This document shows positions 26,651-39,460 of a DNA stretch of 64,000 nucleotides, piece after piece (position 1 is the stretch's first letter; every line of letters begins with the position of its first letter). Source of the stretch: the human T2T-CHM13v2.0 reference genome, Homo sapiens. The stretch lies in assembly GCF_009914755.1 (NCBI RefSeq), contig NC_060940.1. One strand, 5' to 3'. The translations under genes and the position numbers were made by a program. The notes below the pieces were generated by a model. That model had not been told where the DNA came from. It searched no databases and was given only the letters and a program-made list of their open reading frames with translations.

Positions 26651-29600
26651 GATACCACATTATGGTACACATTAGCTACTTGTTAATTAATGAAGCTGCT
26701 GGAGTGACCAATGTCAAATCTTTCCAAGTTTCCTGGCATCCTTAGGTGAAGTCTAAATAGTGAGATCCAGAGAATACTGCAGGTCCCATCTAGAAACAAC
26801 TTCTCAAGCTTCAGAAAGAAATCCATTATCAAGTTCTCAGCCCCTGAAAACTGTTCCTGACCATCACCCTACCAGCCCTGCTGGTTGCCTGAGCTATGGG
26901 GCTGGGGGAGGTGATGCTTCTCAGGTGTGCAGACAACAAAGAACGTGCTTTTAGTGAAAGACTGGCAAGGGGCCAGCGTGAACCTGATGAGGGGTCTGAC
27001 CACGTGTGCCATGTGGTGGCCACCGAGGAGGGGAGCTTTCCCACCAATCTGCTGCCAGGTCCTCCCCTCCATCACAGGGGCTCCTGGAAGTGGGGGTGAC
27101 CGCTGATTCAGTGGGAGCATGGCTGCTTGGGCTGTGGGGACAGGGGTCACCCTGAAGGACACATGGCCACCTCTTGCCAAGTTCACCTGTGACCTCTAGT
27201 CTCCTCCCACCAGCCCTGCTCAAAGCCCAGTGGACCCCGCAAACACCAAGATGCCACCCCTTTGAGGCTCTTGGGCCCCCTAGGCACACTGTGCAGGGCT
27301 CCCTCTGGCCAGCATTTCCTCTACTCCCCTCATACCCCAGGTCAGACCTAATTCATCCCAGCCTGGTCTAGCAAGGCCTGCCACATGTGGTATCCATTTT
27401 GCAGGAGAAAAGCCATCCCTTGTTACAGGGAGTGCCAGTGTGTATGACACTGTGGGGACTGCTTGGAGGAGGCAGAGCAAGGCCAGGACCACCCCCCACT
27501 CCATCTCCAGCCACTTCTGGGTCAACAGGGAACAACCTCCGATGGTTCTGTGAGGTGCAAGGACGCTGGTCATTTTGCCATGGACTAGGGAACAATGGAA
27601 TGCAGGCTGGGCCAGGCTCTCTGGGCTCCCTGAACTTTGCACCTCACAAGGTCATCTTTTCACCTGGGAAGGCAGCACTCTTTTTCTCCCAACAGTCTTT
27701 TCTGTGTGTCAGACTGGGCCTCTTGGGCCTCCTGGGTCCCCCTGCCATTCCCATTGCGAAGGGGTCTCTAATTAGGAGATGAGAAGCCGGGAGCCGGTTG
27801 TGTAAAGCGGCTCCTGCTGCACACACTCCTCTGCGTCCCTTGCATGGCGACAAAAACACTTCAGCCCTGGCCCCTGGGCGGGGAACGGCTGTGGAAAGCT
27901 CCAGAAGATTCACACAAGGAGCTGGACAGACAACTCAAGCCAGCAAGAAGAGAAGCTTCTGCTGAGAGGGAAGCAGGAAGCTCTGTGGAAGAATTCCTCC
28001 TGCCTGTTCAATGTCCTGTCTCCCTCCCCTCAGCTGGGGGCCCAATCGATACGGCTACGGACTTATGAAAGATCAAAACCCATCTGCATTCTGGGTAGGT
28101 GGATCGGGGCCTCTTCTAGCAAACAGACTTAGGTTGGTGCACATTTGCCACAGCAATTTATTTTTATCCCGAACAAATGAACGCAATCCATTAAAAGGGT
28201 GAGAGGAAGAGTGGGGCCGCCTAGAAGCTCTAGCTTGTGAGCTGGGGCCAGAGGCAAACAGGGATCTGGTCTGGCCACTTCACTCTAATTCGCCATCCAT
28301 TAGCACCAGCACAATGGGCTTCTGGGGGCCCGGCCAATGCCTCCAGGCAGGTGAGGGGGCACCGCACAAAGACTCACAGAGTGAGGAGGGGGTCCCGATG
28401 CCAAATGGACTCGAGATTCGGCAGCTGCAGGGGATGACAGAGCCTGATGTGGGAGCTGGGCTTGGGAGGGGCGCCAGTGGTGCAGACGGCCGGTGGCCTT
28501 GGACACCTTGGTGATTTGGCCCCAGCCAAGGGCCCTGTCCACAGGGCAGAATGCACGAGGCCAGCAAAGTGGAATTTCCCAATTACGGCATGAAAGAGAG
28601 TTTCTTCTCAGGCCCTTCCCCCAGGCCCCACAATTAAAAACAAGTCCAGTTTCTAGCGGCTGCCCGGCCCCCCACCCCCTCAGTGACCAATCAGCTCCCC
28701 ACTCCACCTATTCCCCCTCTTCCCAACACAAGGGCTCTTATGCAAACCCAGGACACTGGGGAGGGGCAGTAGCAGAGGCACATGTTAGGGACTGAGCATT
28801 TGCTCAGCTGGACAGGCTGCCACGCCTGTCTGTAGCAGAGGTGAGAGGAGGCCCAGAATGAACCGGAAGCCTTGCTGCTGGGCTTCTCTGGGTCAGGATC
28901 TCGTGAAAGAAGTCCCATGACTGCTTCCTCCTTTCCCTTGTGGGCCCCATCCTCTCCAAATGCCCGCCTCATCTTAGGAGTGCCCTGTTCCCCTGGGAGG
29001 TGGCTCGGACCTCATCTACCATTAACTGGGCCGGTTCGGATCAGGCCCTGGCATTCACCGCATACAGTGGCTCATTACAGATGCAAGCATTCTCCACCAG
29101 TCCTCTCTGCAAGGCGGCAGGGAGGAAGAGGAGGGGAAAAATGCACAGTCGCTGAAGCCAAAGCGCGGCTGGCCGGAGGGCCGTGTTGGCAGGCAGAGCG
29201 ACTGTCTTCAGACTTGCTCGCTTCCCAGCACAGAAGCAGGCCTTGTAAAGATCACAGCTGTCGGGTCACGCTGGAGTTCATATCACAGTTTATCAAAGAG
29301 GCTGGGTTTTCTCCCTCCTCTCCTTTCTACTGAGGATAAGTGGATGGTTCACGGGGAGACAAGGCCTGGGCTTGTTCTGCCTGCATTAGCATGGAGGGTG
29401 GGAAGAGGCCGGGGGAAGGCAACGCACACCAACACCTACTCCGGGCAGAGTTGTTTTAGCGGAGCCGGGCCGGGCCGCTGGTGGGTGCCCTGGGCACTGG
29501 GGCAACAGGGCCGGTGCACTGGAGCCAGCTCTCGGCACGGAAGGTGCCATGATTTCATCCCCTCAGGGGTGTGGTTCCCCCTCCACAGACCACCCTGGGA

Positions 29601-30381
29601 AGCACAAGCCCTGTGGGGAGGCTGAACAACAGCCCCGCTTTATCAGACACAGCCAGCACTGGGGCTGAGACATGCGCCATTTATATAACCCCACCACACT
29701 ATGACACGGCAGGCACTATCATCGCTGCGTCACAGACAAAGCAGAAAGGCCTTGGAAACAGGTCACACAGTTAAAAATGGGAGGAATTGGGGTTTGAGCC
29801 CCAAATGAGTGCCTCGGGAGGCTCATCTGCCTTAGTCCTGCAAAGTCCCGTGGAGGGAGTGGGGGTACAGCACCCCACCGCACATGTCGCCATCTTCGCT
29901 CTATCTGTGAGCTTGGCCTCAACTCCCTGCTGCTAAGGAAAGGGCCTGGAGCCAGAGTAGCTGGCTAAAAAATGAAGGTTTTAAAGCCACTGGCTTCACC
30001 TTGACATGCATCTCAACCGTTATGTCCACCAGAAAAGGAGGCTGTGTGGACACCGACAGGAAGTCCAACCCACTCAAGCCTGGCTGGAGCTTGGGTACCC
30101 CGTTCTCACCCCCACTGACTCCGACATGGAGGTGCGGCCTGGGAAAGCTGCCTGGGGAAGAGGAAACGCTCCCAGGGTCTTTAGGGAAATCATGCATCTT
30201 CCTCAATGCCAAGAACCCCCACCAGATGTGTGTCTTCAAGAACTCCCGATGCCTCTGTCTTTCTATAGCAGCCGCTCCAGGTCCCAGAGCTAAACACACT
30301 CCTGCCAAAAGAACAGCTTTTCACTTGCTGGCCAGAAGAATCTCTTTCCTTTCTTTCTCAGTGTGCAATCTTGGAGGCTGA

Positions 30382-30808
<427 letters not shown>

Positions 30809-32226
30809 AACGATGCCCCTCTTTAAAGTCATCGCAGGAGAAAAGGAAGTGCAATGGAGAAGCAGGAGGGCAGGTGGATACCCCCCTCCACCTCAACAAA
30901 GCTCTTTGGAACGGCCTCAGCCCCCCACAGGAGCATGGGGAGGATGGAGGAAGCCACATGTTTGCAGGGCCTTTTCCATGTCAGATGCTGTGTGTGCCCC
31001 CAGACTGGGTGGCTGGGCCTGCAACCCTGGAGCTGGTTGACAATGGCTTGGTGTGCTGGCAGAGTGGGCAGCAGGTTCCCGAACCAGCTGGGCCAGGTGG
31101 CTGTCCGCCAGGATGCACATTGACAGGTGTGGGTGCTGCTTTTGGGGGACAGCAGTCTGGAGAAACCGGGTGAAGGACTAGGAGAGACCCAGTCCTCTGT
31201 GAAAGGCCCAGCCACAAGGTTCCTTCTGTCCCAGCCCACTGGGCTTCTAGTGGGGATGCCAATGGCTAAGAGACCTTCTGTGGCTGTGCGGGTGGGAGTG
31301 AGGCCTGGAGGCCAGCCTCAATTTCCACTGAGAACCCAGTGTGGCCCATGGCAGGTTTGAGCCCCAGAAGAGCAAGCGATCGCCATACTGAGCCCCTGGA
31401 GGGTGGGAAGGGAGGACCCACTGGCCCAGCTCCTGAGCACGCTGAGGAGCTGGGCCTCAGGTGGTCCTGGCACGCAGGATGTTCAGGGCCTCTCACGGCA
31501 CCAGGCTCTGCACTCCCACACAGAAGGGACAAAGTGGCGGCTGCTGAATTAGCAGAGTGCAGGAGTTTGCAGCCCAGCTCCTGCCCAGCCCAGTGGGCAC
31601 GTTACTTCCTCTTATTTTCCCTTCTGCAAAATGACGATTCCCGTGAGCCCAGGAAGCCCAGGAGATGCACTGCAAAGCAAGCAAAGCCTCCCTGGCCTGG
31701 AGTCTGCACCTGGGAACATGGCAGTGGGCTGGCCTCCAGCTTCACAGAGCCTCAGGCCCTGAGCGGGTGGGGAGGGCATGCAAGCATGCCCATGGGGCCT
31801 GCACTTCTGCTCCATGCAGCCTGGAGATGCTGGTTACTACCCCAAACTCCTTCTCGCCATGCGTCTTGGTCATGTGGGGCTGAGACAGGGTGGAAAACCC
31901 ACCTCAGCCCAGTTCTCCAGAGGGGACTCTAGCTATAGATTCCTCCTCCAAAGGCCTCTCCTTCCACTGACTCCCTGAAAGTCGTCCAGGCAAGGAGAGC
32001 TCATCATGAGTACTGATGCCTCTGCAATTTGGAAAACCACATGATGTTAACTGTCACTCTTGTGGGAACATTCCGCTGCTTTCCTGGTGGGGGGGCCTCT
32101 TGCACCATAGCTAACCTCTACCTCAATTCCCTACCTGAAACTGGCCAACGTGATGGGAAGAAACACCATGGAAATCTTCCTCTTTTGGCCAATGAAGGTT
32201 AAGAATCCATTTCTGTCTCTCTGACA

Positions 32227-32442
32227 CGGTGGTTCTCAACTGGGGTGATTCTCCTCCCTAGGGGACCTCTGGCAATGTTTAGAGACATTTCAGACGGTCC
32301 CAACTGGGTGAATGCAAGTGCTACTGGCATTCAGGGGGCAGAGGCCTGGGATGCTGCTGACATCCTACAGGGCGCAGGACAGCTGCCATCCCGAAGAGCT
32401 ATCCGGCTCCAATGCCAACGGCGCTGAGTTCGAGAAGCCCTG
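32227..32442 (+). mobile_element. MER20 (hAT-Charlie) non-autonomous DNA transposon
   Basis: Colinear with the MER20 consensus as I recall it: GTGGTTCTCAAC...GGCAATGT...GTGCTACTGGCAT...GGGATGCTGCT...GAGAAGCCCTG. Confidence 0.85.
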
Positions 32443-32599
32443 CTCTAGAAGAGCCCAGAGAAGCAAGAGGGTGGTGACAGCCTCCCCACTATCACAGGGG
32501 CATCCTTTTGGTGGCCAGACCATCAGAAGCCCTGTCCCCCACTGTGGTCCTGCTCTTTGTCTTTCTGGTCAGGCAGGCCTGTCCTCTCCCACAACTCAA

Positions 32600-33560
32600 T
32601 TCTGCGGCCCCATCCCCAGGGTGCCCTCAACTCCACCTCAGCTCCTGAGCTGGCCGGTCACCTCCTGTACGCTCCACTCCCTCAACTCCCCCAGCAGCAT
32701 TCAGGCTCCTGCAGCGGCTCGCAGCAGACCATCCCCGGGTCTCACCTCCCTCACTGCCTCCTGCCATCTCCCTGCTTGGCCGCTTCCTTTACCTCTCTGG
32801 CCCTTCGTCATAGCCTCCTTTTCTGGCTTCTCCTTCTTTCCCCAACCATTACAGTCTGGAACACGTAGGGTTCAGCCTCAGACCCCTTCCCTCTCACTCG
32901 ACCTCTTCTTAAGAACTCCCTAAGAATGAAAGCTCCACAAGTGCAGAACCATCTAGAATGGTCCCTTGCACAGAGTTAGTGTTCAGTAAACATCTGTTGA
33001 ATGAATGAATGAATGAATGACTATGCCATCAATTTCGAGATTGTATCTTGGGCCTCGGTACCCCCTTGGAGAGCCTGGTACAGCAAACTACTTCTTCAAT
33101 ACCTTCTTTTTGATGCCCCCAAAGTAATTCAAACTCAAACATGCACCCCCTCCTCACTCCCTGCCACTCTTCCGGGGCTCCCACCTCGGGGACTGGCATC
33201 ACCATCCACCCGCTGCCCAAACCAGAGGCCTGGACACCCTGACACTCCCAGCTCCCTCTCCCCTCACTCTCTCCACATCAGTCACCAGACAAATCTACTT
33301 CCTACTCAGTCTCGAATCCTCATTCTCGAATCCGGCTGCAGCTTCCCATCCCCCTCACAAGCTGCCACAGTCTCTGCTTGGACAACAGCCTCCCAGCTGG
33401 CTCCACCTCAGCCCCTCCAACCCATTCGCCCCAGCAACAGTTGTCTTTCAAGCCAGAAATCCAGTCACGTTGATCCCCTGCTCAAGCCCTGTCAGTGCCT
33501 CCGTGCTGACCCCTGAGTAAGGTCTCTGATCCTCACTGTGGCCCACAGGCTGAAGCTGCT
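32600..33560 (+). mobile_element. L2 LINE fragments
   Basis: L2 3' tail AAACATCTGTTGAATGAATGAATG at about 32988-33019, flanked by L2-like pyrimidine-rich segments. Boundaries approximate. Confidence 0.6.
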
Positions 33561-33669
33561 TATTAGTTTACAGCAAGATGAGCTCCCCAGGCTCCTTCTT
33601 GCCTTGAAGCCCCATACAGCCTAGGCCCCTGCCGGGACTCCTTCAACTCCTGACCCCCAGACCATGGTA

Positions 33670-34005
33670 GTCGGTAGTCTACTCAGTCCCCAAGCACCCC
33701 AGACCACTTTAATAACCCCATCACCCCAGGGGTTCCGATTTCACTCATCAGAGGGAGGCCCAGGCTTTTTTTTTTTTTTTTTTTTGGAGACAGAGTCTTG
33801 CTCTTTCGCCCAGGCTGGAGTGCAGTGGTGTGATCTCGGCTCACTGCAACGTCCACCTCCCGGGTTCAGGCGATTTGTGTGTCTCAGCCTCTTGAGTAGC
33901 TGGGATTACAGGCATGTACCACCACACCTGGCTAATTTTGTATACGGCATCTTTTTTTAAAGCCTCTCCAGTGATCTAACCTGCAGGGCTGAGAACCACG
34001 GCTGG
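33670..34005 (+). mobile_element. MER5-like DNA element split by an Alu right arm (33766-33941, minus)
   Basis: GGCCCAGG before the Alu and TTTAAAGCCTCTCCAGTGAT...TGAGAACCAC after it. The Alu arm itself is unambiguous. Confidence 0.6.
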
Positions 34006-34665
34006 ACAGCACCTAGGGCCATACGGACTACTCTAGAAATCTCCTCCACCTGGCTTTGGTGTAGAAGCTGGAGGAATTTGTGCCCTGCTCTAGCTTTCAC
34101 CAGGTTGAGGGTGACACTGGGCCACTCTTCTGCTACTTCTTGGAGCTGAGTTGGAGGCAAAAGACCAGCCCCAGCCATGCTGCTGGTGATGACAGTTCTA
34201 GATGCCTCCAGCCTCTGGGGCTGGTGCCCTGGCACCATCCTGGGCTGGGCTCACATGACTCAGGAGCCTGGCTCCACCAAGCCTGGCTAAATCCCGCACT
34301 GGGGGCTGGGCCTGGAGCACAGCCCCATGTCCCACGCCATCTGGCTCACCTCCTTTCCTCTCCAAAAGCCTGACAATGGCATTGAATAAGAGGCTGTTCC
34401 ACCTCAGGGGAAGATAGTAACTCAGGAAGCAAAAAATGAATTCAGTTGTGCGGAAAAACATCAACACTGACCTGTCTGTTTCATGTCAGAAGCATCAGCA
34501 ACCAGTATGAAGGGGCAACCTTCTTCATTTCTTACAGATCCAAAGGTCAGGAAAAGGAGGAGAGAGAAGGGAAAGAGAAGGTGGCTGCTTTGACACTTGA
34601 ATGGCGTGAAAGTGAAAAGCCGGGGCCGTGGGAGGAAGAGGAGAAAGCGCGCCGCCAAGGCTGAC

Positions 34666-34798
34666 CTGATGATGAAAGGGCCTCTGACCTCCAGGAGCTT
34701 CCGTTCGCTGCTGAATCTCTTGAGAAGGTTGATCATGAACTTATAAAAGTAAGAATTCATGGTGGGAGTTGAAGGAGAACATTCTAAGCCTTTGGTAC
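34666..34798 (-). CDS. VAC14: VAC14 coding exon (exon 14 by recall), (G)[43 protein letters not shown](R)
   Basis: Acceptor CTTTCTCTACAG|GT at 34800-34799 and donor CAG|GTCAGC at 34665. Length 133 nt. Phase 1 in and phase 2 out match both neighbours. Confidence 0.96.
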
Positions 34799-35812
34799 CT
34801 GTAGAGAAAGGGATAGAGCCAGCATTTATTCTGATTATGTGTCCACAGGGTGATGAGATCCACACAGAATATAAACAACTATAAATGCCAAAAAGATGTG
34901 TGTGGGGGGTGTTATAACAAGATGAGGGAAAATCTCTAATCAAGAGCCATGGAGCAACAGAGAAAAAGGCAAGTCTGCACAAGCAAATACAACTTGGCTT
35001 ACTGCAAAAATGCCCACTAGTTAAAGTCCTACTCGTAACTTGAAAAAAAAAAATCCCATTACTGTCCACCCTTTCATCCAAGCCTAAACCACTTAGTGAA
35101 CATCTCATGTGTATAAGACCCTGCTAGGTGCCATGATTTTTTTAAAAAAACAAACTCTACTCATTATCCCAGTAAACGAAATACACTCAAGATCTATTTG
35201 GGCCATTAAGGACAAACAAGAAGTCAAAGAGAATAAATGGGTAAGGTACTTGTGTCAGTGAGTCAAGTCATTGTGGCTCAATGGTCAACAAAACTGATGG
35301 ACCCACAAGAGGCAAAAGCCAAGCTCCTTTCCTAATCTGACCTGAGGAAAAGGAATGATGCGCACAGCCACTCGATTACGGACAGCAGACACCGACAAAT
35401 GTTACAAAGTGTTTTAAACTTTACTTTTGAAATCAAAAGTTCTTTCTTCCTCATCCTCAGGCAAAGATGCTCTTTTAGGATAGAACTCTGAAAACTTTCA
35501 AAGCCTGAGGTGACTTTCTAACCAGGAGCACAAATGTCTCTGACGCGTGTCCCAGCTAGAAAACACACCGAGGTACAGATACCACCATCCCTTCCAGACC
35601 TCCCTTGCACACACGCCCCTTGGTAAAGTACCCAGCACCAAGGGGACAAGGGAAAGGCTGATGGAATACTTGGATGGTCTGGGGTAGCGTATCTGTATGC
35701 CCGTTGGTATCTTCCCTGGACATCCCTTCTAATATATGCCAACCTCCACAGCTCTGTGAAAGGAGTTACCAAGGGATGGAAGAGATCCTCACTCACTGTG
35801 CCTGAGGCAGGA

Positions 35813-36135
<323 letters not shown>

Positions 36136-36609
36136 TAAAAAGAAAACAGCTTTATTGAGATATCATCCATATACCATAAGGTTAATCCTTTTAAAGTGTG
36201 CAATTCAGTAGTTTTCAGGACATTCACAAAGTTGTGCAGCCATCACCACTAATTTCAGAACATTTTTATCAACTCCCAAAAGGAACCCCATACTGATTAG
36301 CAGTCATTCACCATTCTCACTTCCATGGCCCCTAGCGATCACTCATCTACCTTCCGTCTCTATGGATTTGCCTATTCTGGATGTTTCCTATAAATAGAAC
36401 TAAGCAGTAGGTGGCTTTTTTCACTCAGCACGTTTTCAAGGTTCATCTATGTTGTAGTATGTATCAGTTCTGTACTCATTTTTAGGGTTGAATAATATTC
36501 CACTTTATATTCCAAAATATGGAATACGGCTATTCTATATTTTGTTTGTCCATTCATCAGCTGGTATTTTCTCCCATTCTGTTGATTTTTTTTTTTTGAG
36601 ACAGGGTGA

Positions 36610-37331
<722 letters not shown>

Positions 37332-37603
37332 CAGTGTCTTGCTCTGTTGCCCAGGCTGTAGTGCACTGAAGTGATTACAGTTCACTGCAGCCTCAAACTC
37401 CTGGGCTCGAGCAATCCTCCCGCCTCAGCCTCTCAAGTAGCTAGGACTACAGGCTTGTGCCATCACACCCAGCTAAATTTTTTCTTTGAGATGGGGTCTC
37501 CCTATGTTGCCCAGGCTAGTCTCAAACTCCTGGGCCCAAGGGACCCTTCTGCCTTGGCCTCCCAAAGTGTTGGGATTATAGGTATTAGCCACTGTGCCCA
37601 GCC
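37332..37603 (-). mobile_element. AluJ-like SINE body (its tail stub is at about 36585-36607)
   Basis: J-type TCACTGCAGCCTCAAACTCCTGGGCTC. It lacks its own poly(T)+GAGACAGGGT, which sits upstream of the MST LTR. Confidence 0.8.
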
Positions 37604-37864
37604 TCTTTTTATTAAAAAAATTTTTTTGAAGCACAAAATTTTTAACTCTGATTAAGCCCAATGTGTCTATTTTTTCTTTGGTTGCTTGTGCCTTTGGTGT
37701 CATAGCTATGAAATTACCTAATCTAAGGTCATAAAGATTTGCTGATGTATTTTAGGTCTCTGGTCTATTTTGAGTTACTTTTTATATACAGTGTGAGGAA
37801 AGGGTCTAAATCCTTTTGCATATGGATATCTAATTGTTCCAGTATAACATGATATCTTAATAGC

Positions 37865-38110
37865 CAATTCATAGCTACCATTTATTGAGCACCTACTATG
37901 TGCTTGACCTGCCTAAACCCTTCACACATAGTATCTAACACCCTAAAAACCAACCAACAAAGAAACAAAAAAAAAAAACACTTGAAAAATATGCACCATT
38001 ACCATTCCCATTATATACACAGAGGAGCTGTGAATTTGGGTAAGGATTATCCAAAGTCACATAGCTGGCGAGTGCTAGAGTTGCTGACCCAGGCAGCTGG
38101 TCTTCAGAGC
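37865..38110 (+). mobile_element. MIR SINE
   Basis: ATAGCTACCATTTATTGAGCACCTACTATGTGC...ACAGAGGAG...CCAAAGTCACATAGCTGG. Confidence 0.7.
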
Positions 38111-39344
38111 CCATGTCCTTTGCAGCTCTGCCAGGCTGCCTGTCTCTTCGGCACTAATGTTCGGACATGTTTGGGGCTCACAGATTAGGAGGTGGTGCCT
38201 TGCTATGCAGGAGGGCAGAAGATGGCATAAAGACGGAAACCCAGGTCCTGCCAAGCTGAGACTGAGGATGCAGGAAATGACGCTGTGAAGAGCTATGGAG
38301 CCAGCACCTGGCCGCAGCTCTCTGGAAACCCAGGGAGGACACTGGGGGATGCAGAGCGGCCAACAGAGGCATCTGGGACCATCATTTTCCAGGCTGGCCC
38401 CTTTCTGGTCCAGAAGTTGCGTGGGAGCCATCACTTTCTCCCTGGACCAGTGAGGAAATGGCCAGGCACAAGCACAAGATAGGCAGGATGTGGAGGATCT
38501 GGGAACCAAACTTGGCCAGAAGCATCAGATGTTCCCAGAAGCATCAGCCCAAAGCACAAAACAAGAATGTGCAGAACCATCCAGAGTATTCCAAGTGAAT
38601 CTCACGGAGGCGTCTGGACAGACTGACTGTATTTGATGCCAGCGGGCAGGAAGCAGCAGCAAGACTCTCCTCCCAGGAGCTCCGTCTTTCTTGCTGAGCT
38701 CAGACTTCCTGTATGTCCTCTCATGGTCCTGCCGGGGAGATGGCTGGGTCTAGAAAAGGCGTTTTTCTGTGCTGTTTTTCCCAGCTGTGAATCACTCTAT
38801 AAGGGATTCCTTACCAAGAGCCACACCTCCAAACTGTAGCATCCTCAATCCCAAGAACCTCCTAGACAGCTCGCGTGAGCGGCATGAAGGAGCCCTGAGT
38901 GAGAAGGCCAGTTCAAGGAAAGGCCTCATTCCACTTCTTGTTTGGACTGCATTGTGCTGGGTCCCTGCCTGAATCAGCCTGGCTTGGGAGGTCCTGAGTG
39001 ACTCTGGAATGGCAAAGAGTCTCTGCTCCCTGGCCCAAAGGGGCTGTTTGCAGAATCAAGTGTCACATTCTTATAGATCGAGTTACCCCAGGCCCAGCTG
39101 GGGGCTGATCTCTAAAGAGGTGGCTGCAGAGACAGCTGTTGAGACAGCCCTGCCTCACTGTTCCCTCCCTCAGGAGATGAATTTGGTAGGCCGTGGTGGC
39201 CTGGCTGGAGGGCACTGGCTTCATGCTGCCCACACTGGAGGCACCCTGTTCACTGCAAGCTTCTCCCAGGTGCTTGTTTGGAGTGGGGAGAGGTGCGGGG
39301 CCGTTCCAGCCTCACAGGGGCAGTAGGAAGCACTGAGCATGGTG

Positions 39345-39460
39345 TTTAAGCCTCAGTTTCCTCATCTGTAAAGTGAGTGCAGTAAGAGCCCCTATTAAAT
39401 GAGATAAAAACATGTAATGTGCCGGGTCCGGAGCCTGCCGCACAGTCTGCACTCAGTACA
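39345..39460 (-). mobile_element. MIR SINE core
   Basis: AGCCTCAGTTTCCTCATCTGTAAAGTG...ATTAAATGAGATAA. Confidence 0.7.

Noticed and set aside
33990-34015. REST/NRSE-like GGACAGCACC
   Set aside because: Only the right half-site matches. The left half is degenerate, the spacing is wrong, and it overlaps a MER5-like end.
34461-35108. 215-aa minus-strand ORF as a separate gene
   Set aside because: Only its central 44 codons are VAC14 exon 14. The flanks are intron read-through with no recognisable protein.
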